DNA of 64,000 nucleotides from an uncultured delta proteobacterium (GCA_963785725.1 CAWAWS010000002.1:96001-160000), one strand, 5' to 3'; numbered from the stretch's first letter, positions 19,588-30,600 are shown. Notes: generated by a model from the letters alone, not told the origin. Program-made: numbers and translations.

Positions 19588-20391
19588 TTAGATGCACTTG
19601 CCGACGCAGGGCGGATTCGGAATCGTGGGCGGCAGAACGCAATGGCCTGCGCCCGTGTCGGAAGAACAGTACAGCCTGCCGTTGCACTGACCGCAGCTGT
19701 GCGGGATGTTGCAATCATCGACGACCTCACCGCAGTTGGCCGTTCCGCACCAGTCTGCTTTGGTCGTCTCTTTGGGGATGCACTGGTAGCTCGCGAGCTT
19801 GGCGAAATCCCCCGGGTCGAGAGTGATGTCCAAGCCGGGCTCGTTGCCGCCGGTGCCGAGCGGGACGTCGACGCTGCCGACCTGTCCGACGCCCTCGTCG
19901 CCGCCCTGAACCGGGAGCGCCGCCGGGATGATGCCACCGCCCGACGGCGCCGGTGTCGGCGCCGCCGGAACGAACGGGATCGTTCCCGGCATCGTCTGGA
20001 AGTAGCTCAGCTGTGCCGGCGCCAGCGAACAGTACCAGAGCTTGTCCGCGAACACCTGGGCCGGCGTCGCCTTTAGATCCGTGGCATACGCAAAGTCGGT
20101 ACTCTGCGCGAAGCCGATGGCCAGAAGGTTGAAGATACCGGTGTCCGGGTCGGCCGGAGTCGGCGTCGTGACGAGGTAGCCGGCCGTTCCGAGGTCCGCC
20201 CACGGGTTGTCGGAGCAATTGTAGACGCCGTTCGCTTCCCACATGATCGTGCAGAGCGGATTCTCGGCGGTGTTGCAGTCCGGAACGCCTCCTCCTCCCC
20301 TCACGATAACTGCAGAAGTGCTGCTACTCGTGGGCGAAACGGCACAGCCGGCAGCAACGAAAAAGACGAGGACGCTAGCGAAGGCGCGCAT
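19588..20391 (-). CDS. Cys-rich secreted lipoprotein (paralog A of tandem pair)
   Basis: SD AGGAG; lipobox AAG-C; NPWADLGTAGYLV; Cys-rich C-terminal domain; ends PPCVGKCI*. Confidence 0.75.
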   Translation of the reverse strand: MRAFASVLVFFVAAGCAVSPTSSSTSAVIVRGGGGVPDCNTAENPLCTIMWEANGVYNCSDNPWADLGTAGYLVTTPTPADPDTGIFNLLAIGFAQSTDFAYATDLKATPAQVFADKLWYCSLAPAQLSYFQTMPGTIPFVPAAPTPAPSGGGIIPAALPVQGGDEGVGQVGSVDVPLGTGGNEPGLDITLDPGDFAKLASYQCIPKETTKADWCGTANCGEVVDDCNIPHSCGQCNGRLYCSSDTGAGHCVLPPTIPNPPCVGKCI

Positions 20392-20426
20392 GGTTCTCCT
20401 GAGCGGACGAATGTGCGACAGGACAT

Positions 20427-20442
20427 AGCAAGTCTGTTGCCG
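20427..20442 (-). promoter_or_regulatory. Putative sigma54 -24/-12 promoter for 19588-20391
   Basis: Minus strand CGGCAACAGACTTGCT = GG-N10-GC with TTGC; IHF-like CAAcgacTTA at 20462-20471. Confidence 0.7.
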
Positions 20443-20479
20443 ATCACAGCGCCAAGCGGCACAACGACTTACGCGCGAC

Positions 20480-20501
20480 CTGTAGCTGACTGAGCTACGG
20501 A
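20480..20501. promoter_or_regulatory. Palindromic operator/UAS, copy 1 (GTAGCT-N5-AGCTAC)
   Basis: CTGTAGCTGACTGAGCTACGGA; 18/22 identical to 21412-21433 and at the same offset from a sigma54 promoter. Confidence 0.6.
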
Positions 20502-20726
20502 AATCGGAGAGCTGGCTGACGAAACAGCCTCGCGGTTATCGGTGAAAACGAGCGGTTCACTACAGCTCGATGACGACACACGGGAGACGAATTTGCCGCT
20601 GCTGGGCGGCTCGCTTCGTCGACGGAATCGGGCCGATTGAGCGGTGGCGACGAGGCGAAGGAGCTGCGTGCGGAGAATCGAGCGAGCGGCGCACCGCGTG
20701 GTTTTGCGCGCGTTAGGATGTCGTCG

Positions 20727-21275
20727 TCAGATGCAGTCGCCGTGGCAGGTTATTGGCGGCGTCGTGACTGGCGGCGTCGTGACGGTCGGCGTCGCGCGAC
20801 ATGCGGCCAACGGCGCTAGCGAGGCCGGGCCGTCGCAGACGATCTTGCACGGATTGTTGCCCGTGCCGTCGATGGGCACGAGACCGCCGCCGCCGACCTG
20901 TCCGATCTGGACGCTGATCTGCGACCTGCAGCTGGCGGGAAGCGCCGCCGGACAGGAGAGCGAGTACGCCAGATATTGCTTCAGCGCGGCGCAGTCGGTG
21001 ACGAACGGCTGCCACGACGCCGGCTTCGTCAGCGTCGCGTCGTAGCCGAAGAGGACAAAGCCGCTTCCCGACGGTACCGGAACGATATAGCCCGGCGCTT
21101 GACCGGCCCAAGGGTTGTACGCCGGATCCGTAATCACCGGCGCTTCCTCGCAGGTGTCGACGCAGGAAATCGCCGTGTCGGCGGCGGTCGTCGAGCCTTC
21201 GGGCGCGCTTTCCGGCGGCAAACAACCGATGACGGCGAAAGCGAACGTGGACAGCGTCAGCAGGCGAAGGCGCAT
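20727..21275 (-). CDS. Cys-rich secreted lipoprotein (paralog B of tandem pair)
   Basis: SD GGAGG; lipobox VIG-C; NPWAGQAPGYIV; ends PPITCHGDCI*. Confidence 0.75.
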   Translation of the reverse strand: MRLRLLTLSTFAFAVIGCLPPESAPEGSTTAADTAISCVDTCEEAPVITDPAYNPWAGQAPGYIVPVPSGSGFVLFGYDATLTKPASWQPFVTDCAALKQYLAYSLSCPAALPASCRSQISVQIGQVGGGGLVPIDGTGNNPCKIVCDGPASLAPLAACRATPTVTTPPVTTPPITCHGDCI

Positions 21276-21357
21276 CGTTCCTCCGAATTCGTTGGGCGAC
21301 AACGCGTGCGCTGGATCAAACGAGCGAATCCAGCTGCAGCAGCGTGTGCGCTGGCAA

Positions 21358-21373
21358 AGCAAGACCGCGGCCA
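21358..21373 (-). promoter_or_regulatory. Putative sigma54 -24/-12 promoter for 20727-21275
   Basis: Minus strand TGGCCGCGGTCTTGCT = GG-N10-GC with TTGC. Confidence 0.7.
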
Positions 21374-21411
21374 CGACGCGCACCGCGCCGTTTCAGCTGC
21401 TTGCCGGATTG

Positions 21412-21433
21412 CTGTGGCTGCGCGAGCTACGGA
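21412..21433. promoter_or_regulatory. Palindromic operator/UAS, copy 2
   Basis: CTGTGGCTGCGCGAGCTACGGA; matches 20480-20501 at 18/22. Confidence 0.6.
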
Positions 21434-21446
21434 TTCCGACGGCGGT

Positions 21447-24141
21447 CTACTGAAACAGGAGGACGTAGCGGGTCCAGCTTCTAGCGTCTTTTTGTAGCCG
21501 CGCCAGCCGCTCGTCGCGCAGCGCCACCGGCGGCGATTCGCCGTGCGCGATGCGCGCGAGCACGGCGTCGAAGAAGGCGCCGGCGTTGGCGTCGGGGATC
21601 GCCTCCGACGACGCGAAGACCGCGCGCGCGCCGGCGACGATGAGCGCCATCGGCAAGCCCCACGGCTCGTGCAGATAGGGCGCGGCGCGGCCGGCGTTGC
21701 AAGCCGCGAGGACGACGAGCGGGCGATTGCGCAGCGGCTGCTTCTCGAGATCGGCGGCCGTGAGCGCGAAGTTTCCCGCGGCGTCGGGCGAGAGCGCCAG
21801 GAGCCACGTGTCCGACAAGTCGAGATCGATGAGGCCGTGGGCGTTGAACTCAATCTCGCCGGCGTCGCCGAGCTCGGCCAGCGCGCGTTTCGGCGTGGCG
21901 TCGGCGCCGGCGAGCGTGCGCACGCCGTCGGCGCGCGTCGTCCACGGAAACAGCCGCGGCAGGCTCAGCGTCGGCGGCGGCAAGACGTCGGTGACGACGA
22001 GGCGCGGCGCGGCCGGGGACGGATTCGCCTTCGGCGGCGCGTCAGGCGCGTGACCGAGCCGATAGCTCCAGGCGATGTCCGGCGGCAAGAGCTCGGGCCG
22101 ACCGTTCACCGGCGCCAGCGCGTACACGGCCACTTCGGGGCACGTCGCCAACACCGCACGCACCGCCGGCGGCACCAGCTGCGCGGCGTCGATCGCGGGG
22201 TTGGTGCGCACCTCGTAGTGACCGACGGCGGCGCCGCCGGCGGCGCGCGCGGCGACGACGAGGCGCGCGTCGTCGAGGGCGACGCCGAGCGCGCAGCCCT
22301 GCCCTGCCTTGGCTTCGGCTTCCTGCGCCAGCGTGTCGAGCGCGCCGTCGAAGTCGCCACGGCGACCGGCGTCGACGGCGAGCATTTGATAGGCGAAGGT
22401 GCGCGCTTTTTTGGCGTCGGCGTCGAGGCCGGCGCGCGCGGGCGTCATCGCCGGCGCCAGCAGCTTCATCGCCGCCGGCCGATCGCTGCGCAACGACAAG
22501 CGCGCCAACATGACGTCGGCCAGCCGTTGCTGGCTCGGCGTCAGCGACGGACGCGCCGCTTGCAGCTCGGCGGGCACGGTCTTGGCTTGCGGCGTGTCGC
22601 GACCGGCCAAGTAGAGGCTCGTCACCAAATCCGTGTTCAACAGCGCCACCGAATGATCGCACGCGGGCGTCTCCGCCAATTCGCGCGCGGCGCCGTCGAA
22701 ATCGAGCTTGAAGACGTCCTCGACGCCGAAGGCGAGGTGCGACGTGCGATGACCGACGCAGCTCTCGGGAGCGCGCAGCATGCCTTCGGTCAAATAGGCG
22801 CGCATGAGCGAGAAGTCGTTGCGATAGCGCGCGACTTGGCCGAGGAGAAAGATGACGATGGTCTCGGCGAAGCGCGGCACCAGGCCGGCGCGTCGGCTCG
22901 AGGCGATGGTGGCGAGCGCCCAGCGCCGGGAGACGCTGGTGCGATGGCGCTCTTGCTCGTTACTGGCGAGCTGCTTCTCCATGTCGGCGCAGCGATAGTC
23001 GAGGTGGTGCTGATTGCAGGCGTCGACGGCGGCGGTGAGCTCGGTGACGGCAGCGTCGAAGTCGCCGCGCGCGGCGGCGACGGCGGCTTCGCTCTGCGCC
23101 AGCCTGGCCTGCCACCACGGATCGCCGTTGCGCGCGACGAGCTGACGCAGGAGCGCGAGCATCGGCCGGGCTCGTGCGGTTGAAGAGGACGAGGCTGCCG
23201 AGCATGAGGTCGTCGGCGTGCGCCTTGGTGATGGCCGCGAAGAATTCGGCCAGCTCGGCCGGCGGCACCGCCGGCGGCGACGTCGGCATCAGCATGTAGC
23301 GCGCGTAACGCGGACCGAGCGTGGCGCGCGCCGCGGGCGCCTCCTTGGCGATGCGATCGATCCACGTCGCCAGCGTCGCGTCGCCGAAGATGCCGTCGAG
23401 CTTCACGGCCAAGGGACGCAGCTCCTGCAGCCGCTGCACCGACTGCGCCGAACGCGCGGCGTGGTAGAAATAGTGGCGCACCATGCTCGGCGCGCGCCGC
23501 ACGACGTCGTCGCCCGGCAGCGGCCCGCCGGTGATCATCGGCTTGGCGGCGGCGATGTCGGCGGCGGTGCTCTTGAGGCGCGCGCTCCAGCCGTCCTTGA
23601 GCGCCGCCGAACGGGCGCGCGCTTCGTCGGCCCAGCCCGGCTCGGCGAGCGCGGCGACCGCGTCGAACGACTGCGCGGCGGCGAGCGGCAGCTCCAGCGC
23701 CACCAAGGCCAGCGCCCGATTCCAGAGCGCGCGTGAATGCTTCGGCGCGTGCGCGAGGACGGCGTCGAGCTGCTCCAGCGCTTCGTCGACGTTGCCGCGC
23801 ATCAGCGTCGCGAGCGCGCGGTCGGCGGCGACGTCGTCGGACTTGGGCGCGCGCTCGAGCGCTTCGGCGGCGCGCCCGAGATCGCCGGCCACGAGCGACG
23901 CCGCGCCCACGCCGTGCCAATCGCCGGCGTCGGACAGGCGCGCCACCGCCGCCAGCGGCACCGACTCGCGCGCGTCCTTGTGGTCGGCGAGGCCTCCATC
24001 GAGCGGGCGCCAACGATCGAGCGCGGCGTAGCTGAGCCGAGCCGCGAGCGCGCGTTTGGGCGCCGTCACGAGCGGCTCGTCGCGATGACAGCTCGCGAGG
24101 CACAGCGAGATTGCGGCAGCGAGCGTCACGAAGCGCAGCAT
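21447..24141 (-). CDS. Lipoprotein TPR-CHAT (caspase-fold) protease, ~897 aa, one apparent +1 frameshift near 23165
   Basis: N-terminal lipobox LAS-C; TPR (ALWNRALAL...GWADEAR); after the shift ...GDPWW; C-terminal CHAT with EFNAHG and VVLAAC (His/Cys dyad), GLPMALIVAGARAV, ALRDER. Confidence 0.82.
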
Positions 24142-24205
24142 GTGCGCTATGAATCGTTCGTTCCGCCGCCCAAAATCAAGCGGCGATTGTGTTTACGAAG
24201 ATCGG

Positions 24206-25096
24206 CTACAGCGCCGCGCGGACTTTGCGCTCTTCTTCGCTGAGCTCGTAGATGCGCTTCAACAACGCGTCGGCGATGCGCTTGTGCGACGAGAGGCGGT
24301 TGCCGAACTTCTTGAACGGCGACAGATCGATGGGCTCGCCGAAGACGGCGATGACGCGCTTGGTGCCGGCGAAGTTGCCTTTGACGTCGGCGACGATGTC
24401 GTTCGAGAGGCCGTGGATGAACGCGGGCACGACGATCGGCCACGCGTCCATGACCAGCTTGCCGACGCCCGGCTGTGCCGGCAGCGGCTGATAGGGATCG
24501 TCGTTCTTGTTGCGCGTGCCTTCCGGATGAAACCCGACGAGCACCTGGCCTTTGTGCAGCTCGGCGACGACGCGCTCGAGCGCCCACTTGTTGAAGTCGG
24601 CCTTCTGCGGCTCGCGAAAGAACGGCGGAAACATGCGCCCGCCGCCGATGAACAGGTTCACGAGCACGCCGAGCGCGCTTTGATAGAAGAAATCGGCGCG
24701 CACCGGACACAACACCGGCTGACGCAGCGGCGTGTGACGATGCAAGAGCAGCATCAACATGTAGAGATCGAAGAAGCTGCGATGGTTCGAGACGAGGACG
24801 ATGCCGTCCGAGTACTTCAAGCCCTGCAGCCGCTCGAGACCGACGGGAATCATCATGTTGCGCGAGCCGACGGTCATCCAGCCGGCGCCGATGGTGCGCA
24901 GCCAGCGCTCGGTCAGCGGCAGCGCGCGCCGATGCAGGAAATCCATGGCGCGGAAGGCGGTGCGCTCGAACGGCGCCAACAATTCGATCGGCGGCGCGAG
25001 CGAGAGCGCTGCGTCGTCGTGCGGCGGCTGCGTGATCGGCGTCTTCGTCGTCGGCATCGGGCTGGCCGGCATCTCGAATTCCAAAGTAGCCTTCAA
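24206..25096 (-). CDS. Lysophospholipid/glycerol-phosphate acyltransferase (PlsC family); start may be 25072
   Basis: SNHRSFFD (HX4D), FHPEGTR. Confidence 0.9.
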   Translation of the reverse strand: MKATLEFEMPASPMPTTKTPITQPPHDDAALSLAPPIELLAPFERTAFRAMDFLHRRALPLTERWLRTIGAGWMTVGSRNMMIPVGLERLQGLKYSDGIVLVSNHRSFFDLYMLMLLLHRHTPLRQPVLCPVRADFFYQSALGVLVNLFIGGGRMFPPFFREPQKADFNKWALERVVAELHKGQVLVGFHPEGTRNKNDDPYQPLPAQPGVGKLVMDAWPIVVPAFIHGLSNDIVADVKGNFAGTKRVIAVFGEPIDLSPFKKFGNRLSSHKRIADALLKRIYELSEEERKVRAAL

Positions 25097-25253
25097 TTAA
25101 CCAAACGGTCAACCCAGAAAGCGCAGCGAAAGCGTGGCCATTTCTCGGGTAACGATCGCGCGCTCGGTGGCATCGGCGGCGACCGTCACGCGCGCGGTCG
25201 GACCAATCGGGCGCTTGTGCGGACGGTGAGAAAGTGCAATACGCATTGGGAAG

Positions 25254-25943
25254 ATGGCCTCGGCCCATGCGATGAATGCGCGACGATCGGCGGCGTTTTA
25301 CGACGTCGACGGCACGCTCATCAAGACCAACATCGTGCACGCGTTCGGCTGGTATGCGCGGCATCAGCCGACGCTGACGGGATCGATCGTCAAGTCGGCC
25401 AAGACGCTCTTGTCGACGCCGGTCTTCGCGGTCGCCGACAAGCTGTCGCGCAAAGTGTTCAATCAGCTCTTCTATGGTTATTACGCGGGCGAGCCGGAAG
25501 ATCGGCTGATCGTGCTCGCCGAAGAGCTCTTCGAAGACACGATCAAGCCGAGCATCTTTCCGCGGGCGCGCGATCTCATCGAGCAGTCGCGGCGCGCCGG
25601 CTGTCGCCAGGTGTTGGTGTCGGGCGGGCTCGACTTCACCGTTAGACCGCTGGCGCGCTATTTGGGCGTCGACGACTTCATTACCAATACCCTCGAGTTC
25701 GAGAACGGCTATGCCACAGGCCATCTCGGTAAGCCGTTCGTAGCCGGCGCGACTAAAGCGGTCATCATGCGCGACTACGCGGCCAAGCATGATATCGACC
25801 TAGCCGCTTCTTACGCCTATTCCGATTCGTACTCCGACTATCCAATGCTCGCCGTGGTCGGCCATCCGACTGCGGTAAACCCCGATTGGAGACTGAAAGC
25901 GACCGCTCGTTCTTACGACTGGCCAGTCCTAGACTTGCGGTAA
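25254..25943 (+). CDS. HAD-IB family hydrolase (positional equivalent of myxobacterial elbB)
   Basis: [33 protein letters not shown]. Confidence 0.9.
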   Translation: MASAHAMNARRSAAFYDVDGTLIKTNIVHAFGWYARHQPTLTGSIVKSAKTLLSTPVFAVADKLSRKVFNQLFYGYYAGEPEDRLIVLAEELFEDTIKPSIFPRARDLIEQSRRAGCRQVLVSGGLDFTVRPLARYLGVDDFITNTLEFENGYATGHLGKPFVAGATKAVIMRDYAAKHDIDLAASYAYSDSYSDYPMLAVVGHPTAVNPDWRLKATARSYDWPVLDLR

Positions 25944-26042
25944 CTGACAGACAACTGCCCTGCGGGCCGTATTGGCAGCAAGGGGCAATCATTCTGCGAG
26001 CCCGATCAGGCTCAAGGAATGGGAAAGCCAGGAACTATAAAG

Positions 26043-27656
26043 ATGCGCGCAATTCGTCCACGTAGCCGTGGCGCCGCTGATGAGAGCGTCGTCACCATCG
26101 ACACCGACTCCGCACCCCGCATTCTCTTTTACGGCGAAGACTTCCTCTGCGAGGATCTGCCGGTCGGCACGCGCGTGATCTATCCGCGTGCGCCGCTCGC
26201 CGGCCTGCCCAATGTGCGCGCGGCGATTCGCTATGCGCTGCACCATCCCGAAGGCGACATGGAGCCGCTGCACGCGCTCTTGACGCCGGGGATGAAGGTG
26301 ACGATCGCCGTCGACGACGTGTCGCTGCCCTTGCCGCCGATGAAGCGGCCCGACGTGCGCGAGGTGATCCTCGACATCGTCCTCGAGATGCTCGCCGACC
26401 ACGGCGTCGACGACATTCACATCATCATCGCGACCTCGCTGCACCGCCGCATGCACGACTGGGAAGTCAAGCGCATGGTCGGCGACAAGGTCTACAACGC
26501 TTACTGGCCCGATAAGCTTTACAACCACGACGCCTGCGATCCCGACGGGATGGTCACGCTCGGCAAGACGCGCCACGGCGAAGTCGTCGAGACCAACAAG
26601 CGCGCCGCCGACAGCGACCTCGTCATTTACGTCAACATCAACTTAGTGCCGATGGACGGCGGGCATAAGTCGGTCGGCGTCGGGCTTTGCGGTTACGAGT
26701 CGCTCAAGGCGCATCACACGCCGAAAGCGATCGTCAATTCGAACTCGTTCATGGATCCGGATAACTCGGAGCTCGCGCATTCGGTGCATCGCATCGGGCG
26801 TGTGTGCGAGCAGCACATGAAAGTGTTCCATATCGAGACCGCGCTCAACTCCAAGATGTTCGATGGACCGTTGTCGTTCTTGATGAAGAACGAAGACGAC
26901 TTCACCGAAATGGACCGACTGACATTCGAAGGTTTGCAGTGGACACTAAAGCGCACTCCTCGTGCGCTGCGCCGTGAAATCTTCATGCGCGTGCCGTCGC
27001 CTTATGAAGTCATCGCCGTGCACGCGGGCTCGGCCGAACCGACGCACGCCAAAGTGTTGGCGAAGAATTACGAGCAATATGCGGTTCCCGTCGAAGGCCA
27101 GGCGGATATCCTGATCTCGGGTATTCCGTATATCTCGCCTTACAACGTCAATTCAAAGGCGCTCAATCCCTTGCTCGTGCAGGTGATGGCGCTTGGTTAT
27201 TTCTTTCATATGTATCGCCATAAGCCGCTGCTCAAAGAAGGCGGTGTCTTGATCGTGACGCATCCCTGTTCCGATCAGTTCGATCCGGTGCATCACCCGT
27301 CGTATATCGAGTTCTTCAATCGACTGCTGCCGGAAACGCGCGACGCGTACACGTTGGAAAAGAAGTATCAGGACGAGTTCGCGTTCAATCCGTCCTATGT
27401 CGAGATGTATCGCCGCGGCAACGCCTATCACGGCGCGCATCCGTTCTTCATGTGGTATTGGGGCCAGAAAGGCCGCGAGCATTGCGGCAAGATCATCGTC
27501 GTCGGCAGCGATAACGCCACCGTGCCCAAGCTGCTCGGCTGGGAGCGCGCCGAGACGCTGGCCGAAGCGATCGCCATGGGCCGCTCGCACATGGGCCGCT
27601 CGGCGCAGATCACGATGTTGCATCACCCGCCCATCGTCATCAGCGACGTTCGCTAA
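26043..27656 (+). CDS. Lactate racemase (LarA/DUF2088) domain protein (positional equivalent of elbC); alternative start 26019
   Basis: VTIAVDD, IATSLHR, YNHDA, DGGHKSV; SD AGGA upstream. Confidence 0.8.
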   Translation: MRAIRPRSRGAADESVVTIDTDSAPRILFYGEDFLCEDLPVGTRVIYPRAPLAGLPNVRAAIRYALHHPEGDMEPLHALLTPGMKVTIAVDDVSLPLPPMKRPDVREVILDIVLEMLADHGVDDIHIIIATSLHRRMHDWEVKRMVGDKVYNAYWPDKLYNHDACDPDGMVTLGKTRHGEVVETNKRAADSDLVIYVNINLVPMDGGHKSVGVGLCGYESLKAHHTPKAIVNSNSFMDPDNSELAHSVHRIGRVCEQHMKVFHIETALNSKMFDGPLSFLMKNEDDFTEMDRLTFEGLQWTLKRTPRALRREIFMRVPSPYEVIAVHAGSAEPTHAKVLAKNYEQYAVPVEGQADILISGIPYISPYNVNSKALNPLLVQVMALGYFFHMYRHKPLLKEGGVLIVTHPCSDQFDPVHHPSYIEFFNRLLPETRDAYTLEKKYQDEFAFNPSYVEMYRRGNAYHGAHPFFMWYWGQKGREHCGKIIVVGSDNATVPKLLGWERAETLAEAIAMGRSHMGRSAQITMLHHPPIVISDVR

Positions 27657-27665
27657 GGAGCGTCC

Positions 27666-30600
27666 ATGCTGCAAAAGGCACAACTGCCGCCGCTCGACGT
27701 CGGCGAGACGCTCGCGGGCAAGCGCATTCTCTTCGTCGGCGCCACTGGCTTCGTCGGCAAAGTGGCGCTCTCGATGTTCCTCTGTCGCTATCCGGCGCTG
27801 GGCAAGCTGTTCGTGCTCGTGCGTCCGGGCGCCGGCTCGTCGTCGGACGACCGCTTCTTCACGAAAATAGCGGCGTCGCCGACGTTCGATCCGATTCGCG
27901 AGCGCTGGGGCGAAGGCACCGACGCGTTCCTGCGCGAAAAATGCGTGCCGCTGGCCGGCGACGTCTCGCGACCCTTATTGAACTTCAATGAGGAGACCTT
28001 AGCGAAGATCGGCAAGCTCGACGCCATCATCAACTGCGCGGGATTGGTGTCATTCAATCCGTCGTTGGAGACCGCACTACGCATCAACGTCTTAGGGCCG
28101 AAGCATGTGCTGGAAGTGGCGCGGCGCACCGGCGCGTCGGTGGTGCACATCTCGACCTGCTTCGTGGCCGGCAATCGCGACGGCGAAGTGTGGGAAGACG
28201 AGCCGCTGGTCGGCTATTTCCCGCGTAAAGATCGCGGCCACGGCGCGCAGACCGACACCTTGCGCGACGACGACTTCTCGGTCGAGCTCGAGATCGCCGA
28301 CTGCCAGCGCATCATCGATCAAATCAAGAGCCGCGCCGACGACCGCGCGCACGTCTCCGAGTTCCGCGATCGCGGCGCCGCGCGGCTCAAGAGCGAAGGC
28401 CGCGACGCCGACGACGAGCGCACGCTCAAAATCGCCGTCCAGCGCGAGCGCAAAGTGTGGGTGGCCGAGAAGCTCACCGATCTCGGCATGGAGCGCGCGC
28501 AACATTGGGGCTGGCCCAACACGTACACGTACACGAAGTCGCTCGGCGATCAGGTGTGCGCGCAAGCGGGCGACGTGCGCGCCTGCATCGTGCGGCCGGC
28601 GATCGTCGAATCGTCGGTGCGCTATCCGTTCGAAGGCTGGAACGAGGGCTTCACGACGTCGGCGCCGCTGGCGTTCATGAGCATCAAAGGCCATCGCACC
28701 TATCCGGCCGGCGACAAGGCGACGCTCGACATCATCCCCGTCGACATGGTGGCCGCGGGGCTCATCATGGCGACGGCGGCGACCATCGCGGGGCAGAACG
28801 AGCTCGTCTATCAGCTCGGCTCGTCGGACGTGAACCCGCTGTACATGAAGCGCGCCGTCGAGCTGCTCGGCCTGCACAAGCGCCGCTATTTCCAAGAGCG
28901 CAACGACAAGGACGAAGGCTCGAAGCTCCTCAACATCGTGCTGTCGCGGATGGAGCCGGTCGCCGTCTCGCGCGAGCGTTACGAGAGCGCGTCGGCGCCG
29001 CTGTGGCTGTCGCTGGCCGAGCGCGCGACCAAGCTGATCGACGACTACACGCCGCGCTGGGGCGCGCCGCGTTTGGCCGGCATGGCCGAGCACATGAAGA
29101 CGCGCCTTGGCCAAGTCTCACAGGTGGCCAAGCAGACGAACGAGCTGTTTCAGCTGTTCATGCCGTTCATCTACGAGCGCGAATACGTCTTCCGCTGCGA
29201 CAACATTCGCGCGCTCTATGCGCGCTTGACGCCGGCCGATCAGGCGCTCCTGCGCTGGGATCCCGAGCAGCTGAGCTGGCGCCATTACTGGCTCGACATT
29301 CACATGCGCGCCCTCGAGAAGTGGGTCTTCCCCAACCTCGAGGAGGAGTTCAAGCAGCGTCCGAAGGCGGTCTACACCTATCGCGATCTGCTCGAGATGT
29401 TCGACGCGACGACGAAGCACCATCGTCATCGCACCGCCATGCGCCTCTTGCCGCATCCCGACAGCTTGTCGGAGCCGCATCGCTACACCTACGCCGACCT
29501 GCAGGACATGGCCGATCGCGTCGCCGCGATGCTGCGCGAGCGCGGCGTCATCCCCGGCGACAAGGTCATGCTGCTCGCCGAGAATCGGCCCGAGTGGGGC
29601 ATCACCTACTTCGGCATTTTGAAGGCGGGCGCGGTCGTGGTGCCGGTCGATTGGCAGTCGACGGCGGACGAAGTGCAGAACCTCGTCGGCTGGGCGCGCG
29701 CCAAAGCGATCGTCCTCAGCGACAAAGTGCGCGACCGGCTGAGCGCGTTCAACGGCGAATTCGCCGCGGCGCAGATCATCCGCTTCGACGATCTCTTGCA
29801 CGAAGAGCCCAAAGTCTCGGCGGCGGCGCTCGTGCATCATCCGAAGGCGGACGACCTCGCGTCGCTCATTTTCACGTCGGGAACGACGGGGCGGCCCAAG
29901 GGCGTCATGCTGTCGCATCGCAACTTCTCGTCGCTGTTGTCGAAGCTCGCGGGCGTGTTCGACATCGACAAGCACGACGGTCTCTTGTCGGTCTTGCCGC
30001 TGCATCACACCTTCGAGTTCACGGCGGGCCTGCTCATGCCGCTCATGCGCGGCGCGCAGATCACCTATCTCGACGAAGTCGACGCCGACGCGCTCACGCA
30101 CGCCTTCGAGAGCGGCAACATCACCGGCATGGTCGGCGTGCCCGCGCTGTGGCAGCTGTTCCAGCGCAAGATCGAGAAGTCGGTCGCCGACTCGGGGCCG
30201 TGGGCCAAGCGCATCTTCGACCTGCTCATCGACGCCAACCGCAAGCTGCGCGATCGCGTGCCGCCGGCGCTCGACAGCTTGATGCTGCTCAACTGGGGAC
30301 GCCTCTTCTTCTGGCCGGTGCATCAGAAGTTCGGCGGACGGCTGCGCCTGCTCATCTCGGGCGGCTCGGCGCTGCCGACCGACACGATGAAGACGCTGCG
30401 CGGCCTCGGCTTCAACCTGTTCGAAGGCTACGGCTTGACCGAAGCCTCGCCGGTGTTGACGGTCAATCGACCGGGCACGCGCCTTCTGCCCGGCGCCGTC
30501 GGTGAGCCGCTGCCGGGCATCGACGTGCGCATCGACAACCCCGATGCGCGCGGTGTCGGCGAGGTCGTGGCCTCGGGACCGAACGTCATGCTCGGCTACT

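Noticed and set aside
20512..20532. Hammerhead-like CTGACGA...GAAA
   Set aside because: No stem II between the core elements; it is only a 5-bp hairpin GGCTG-ACGAAA-CAGCC.
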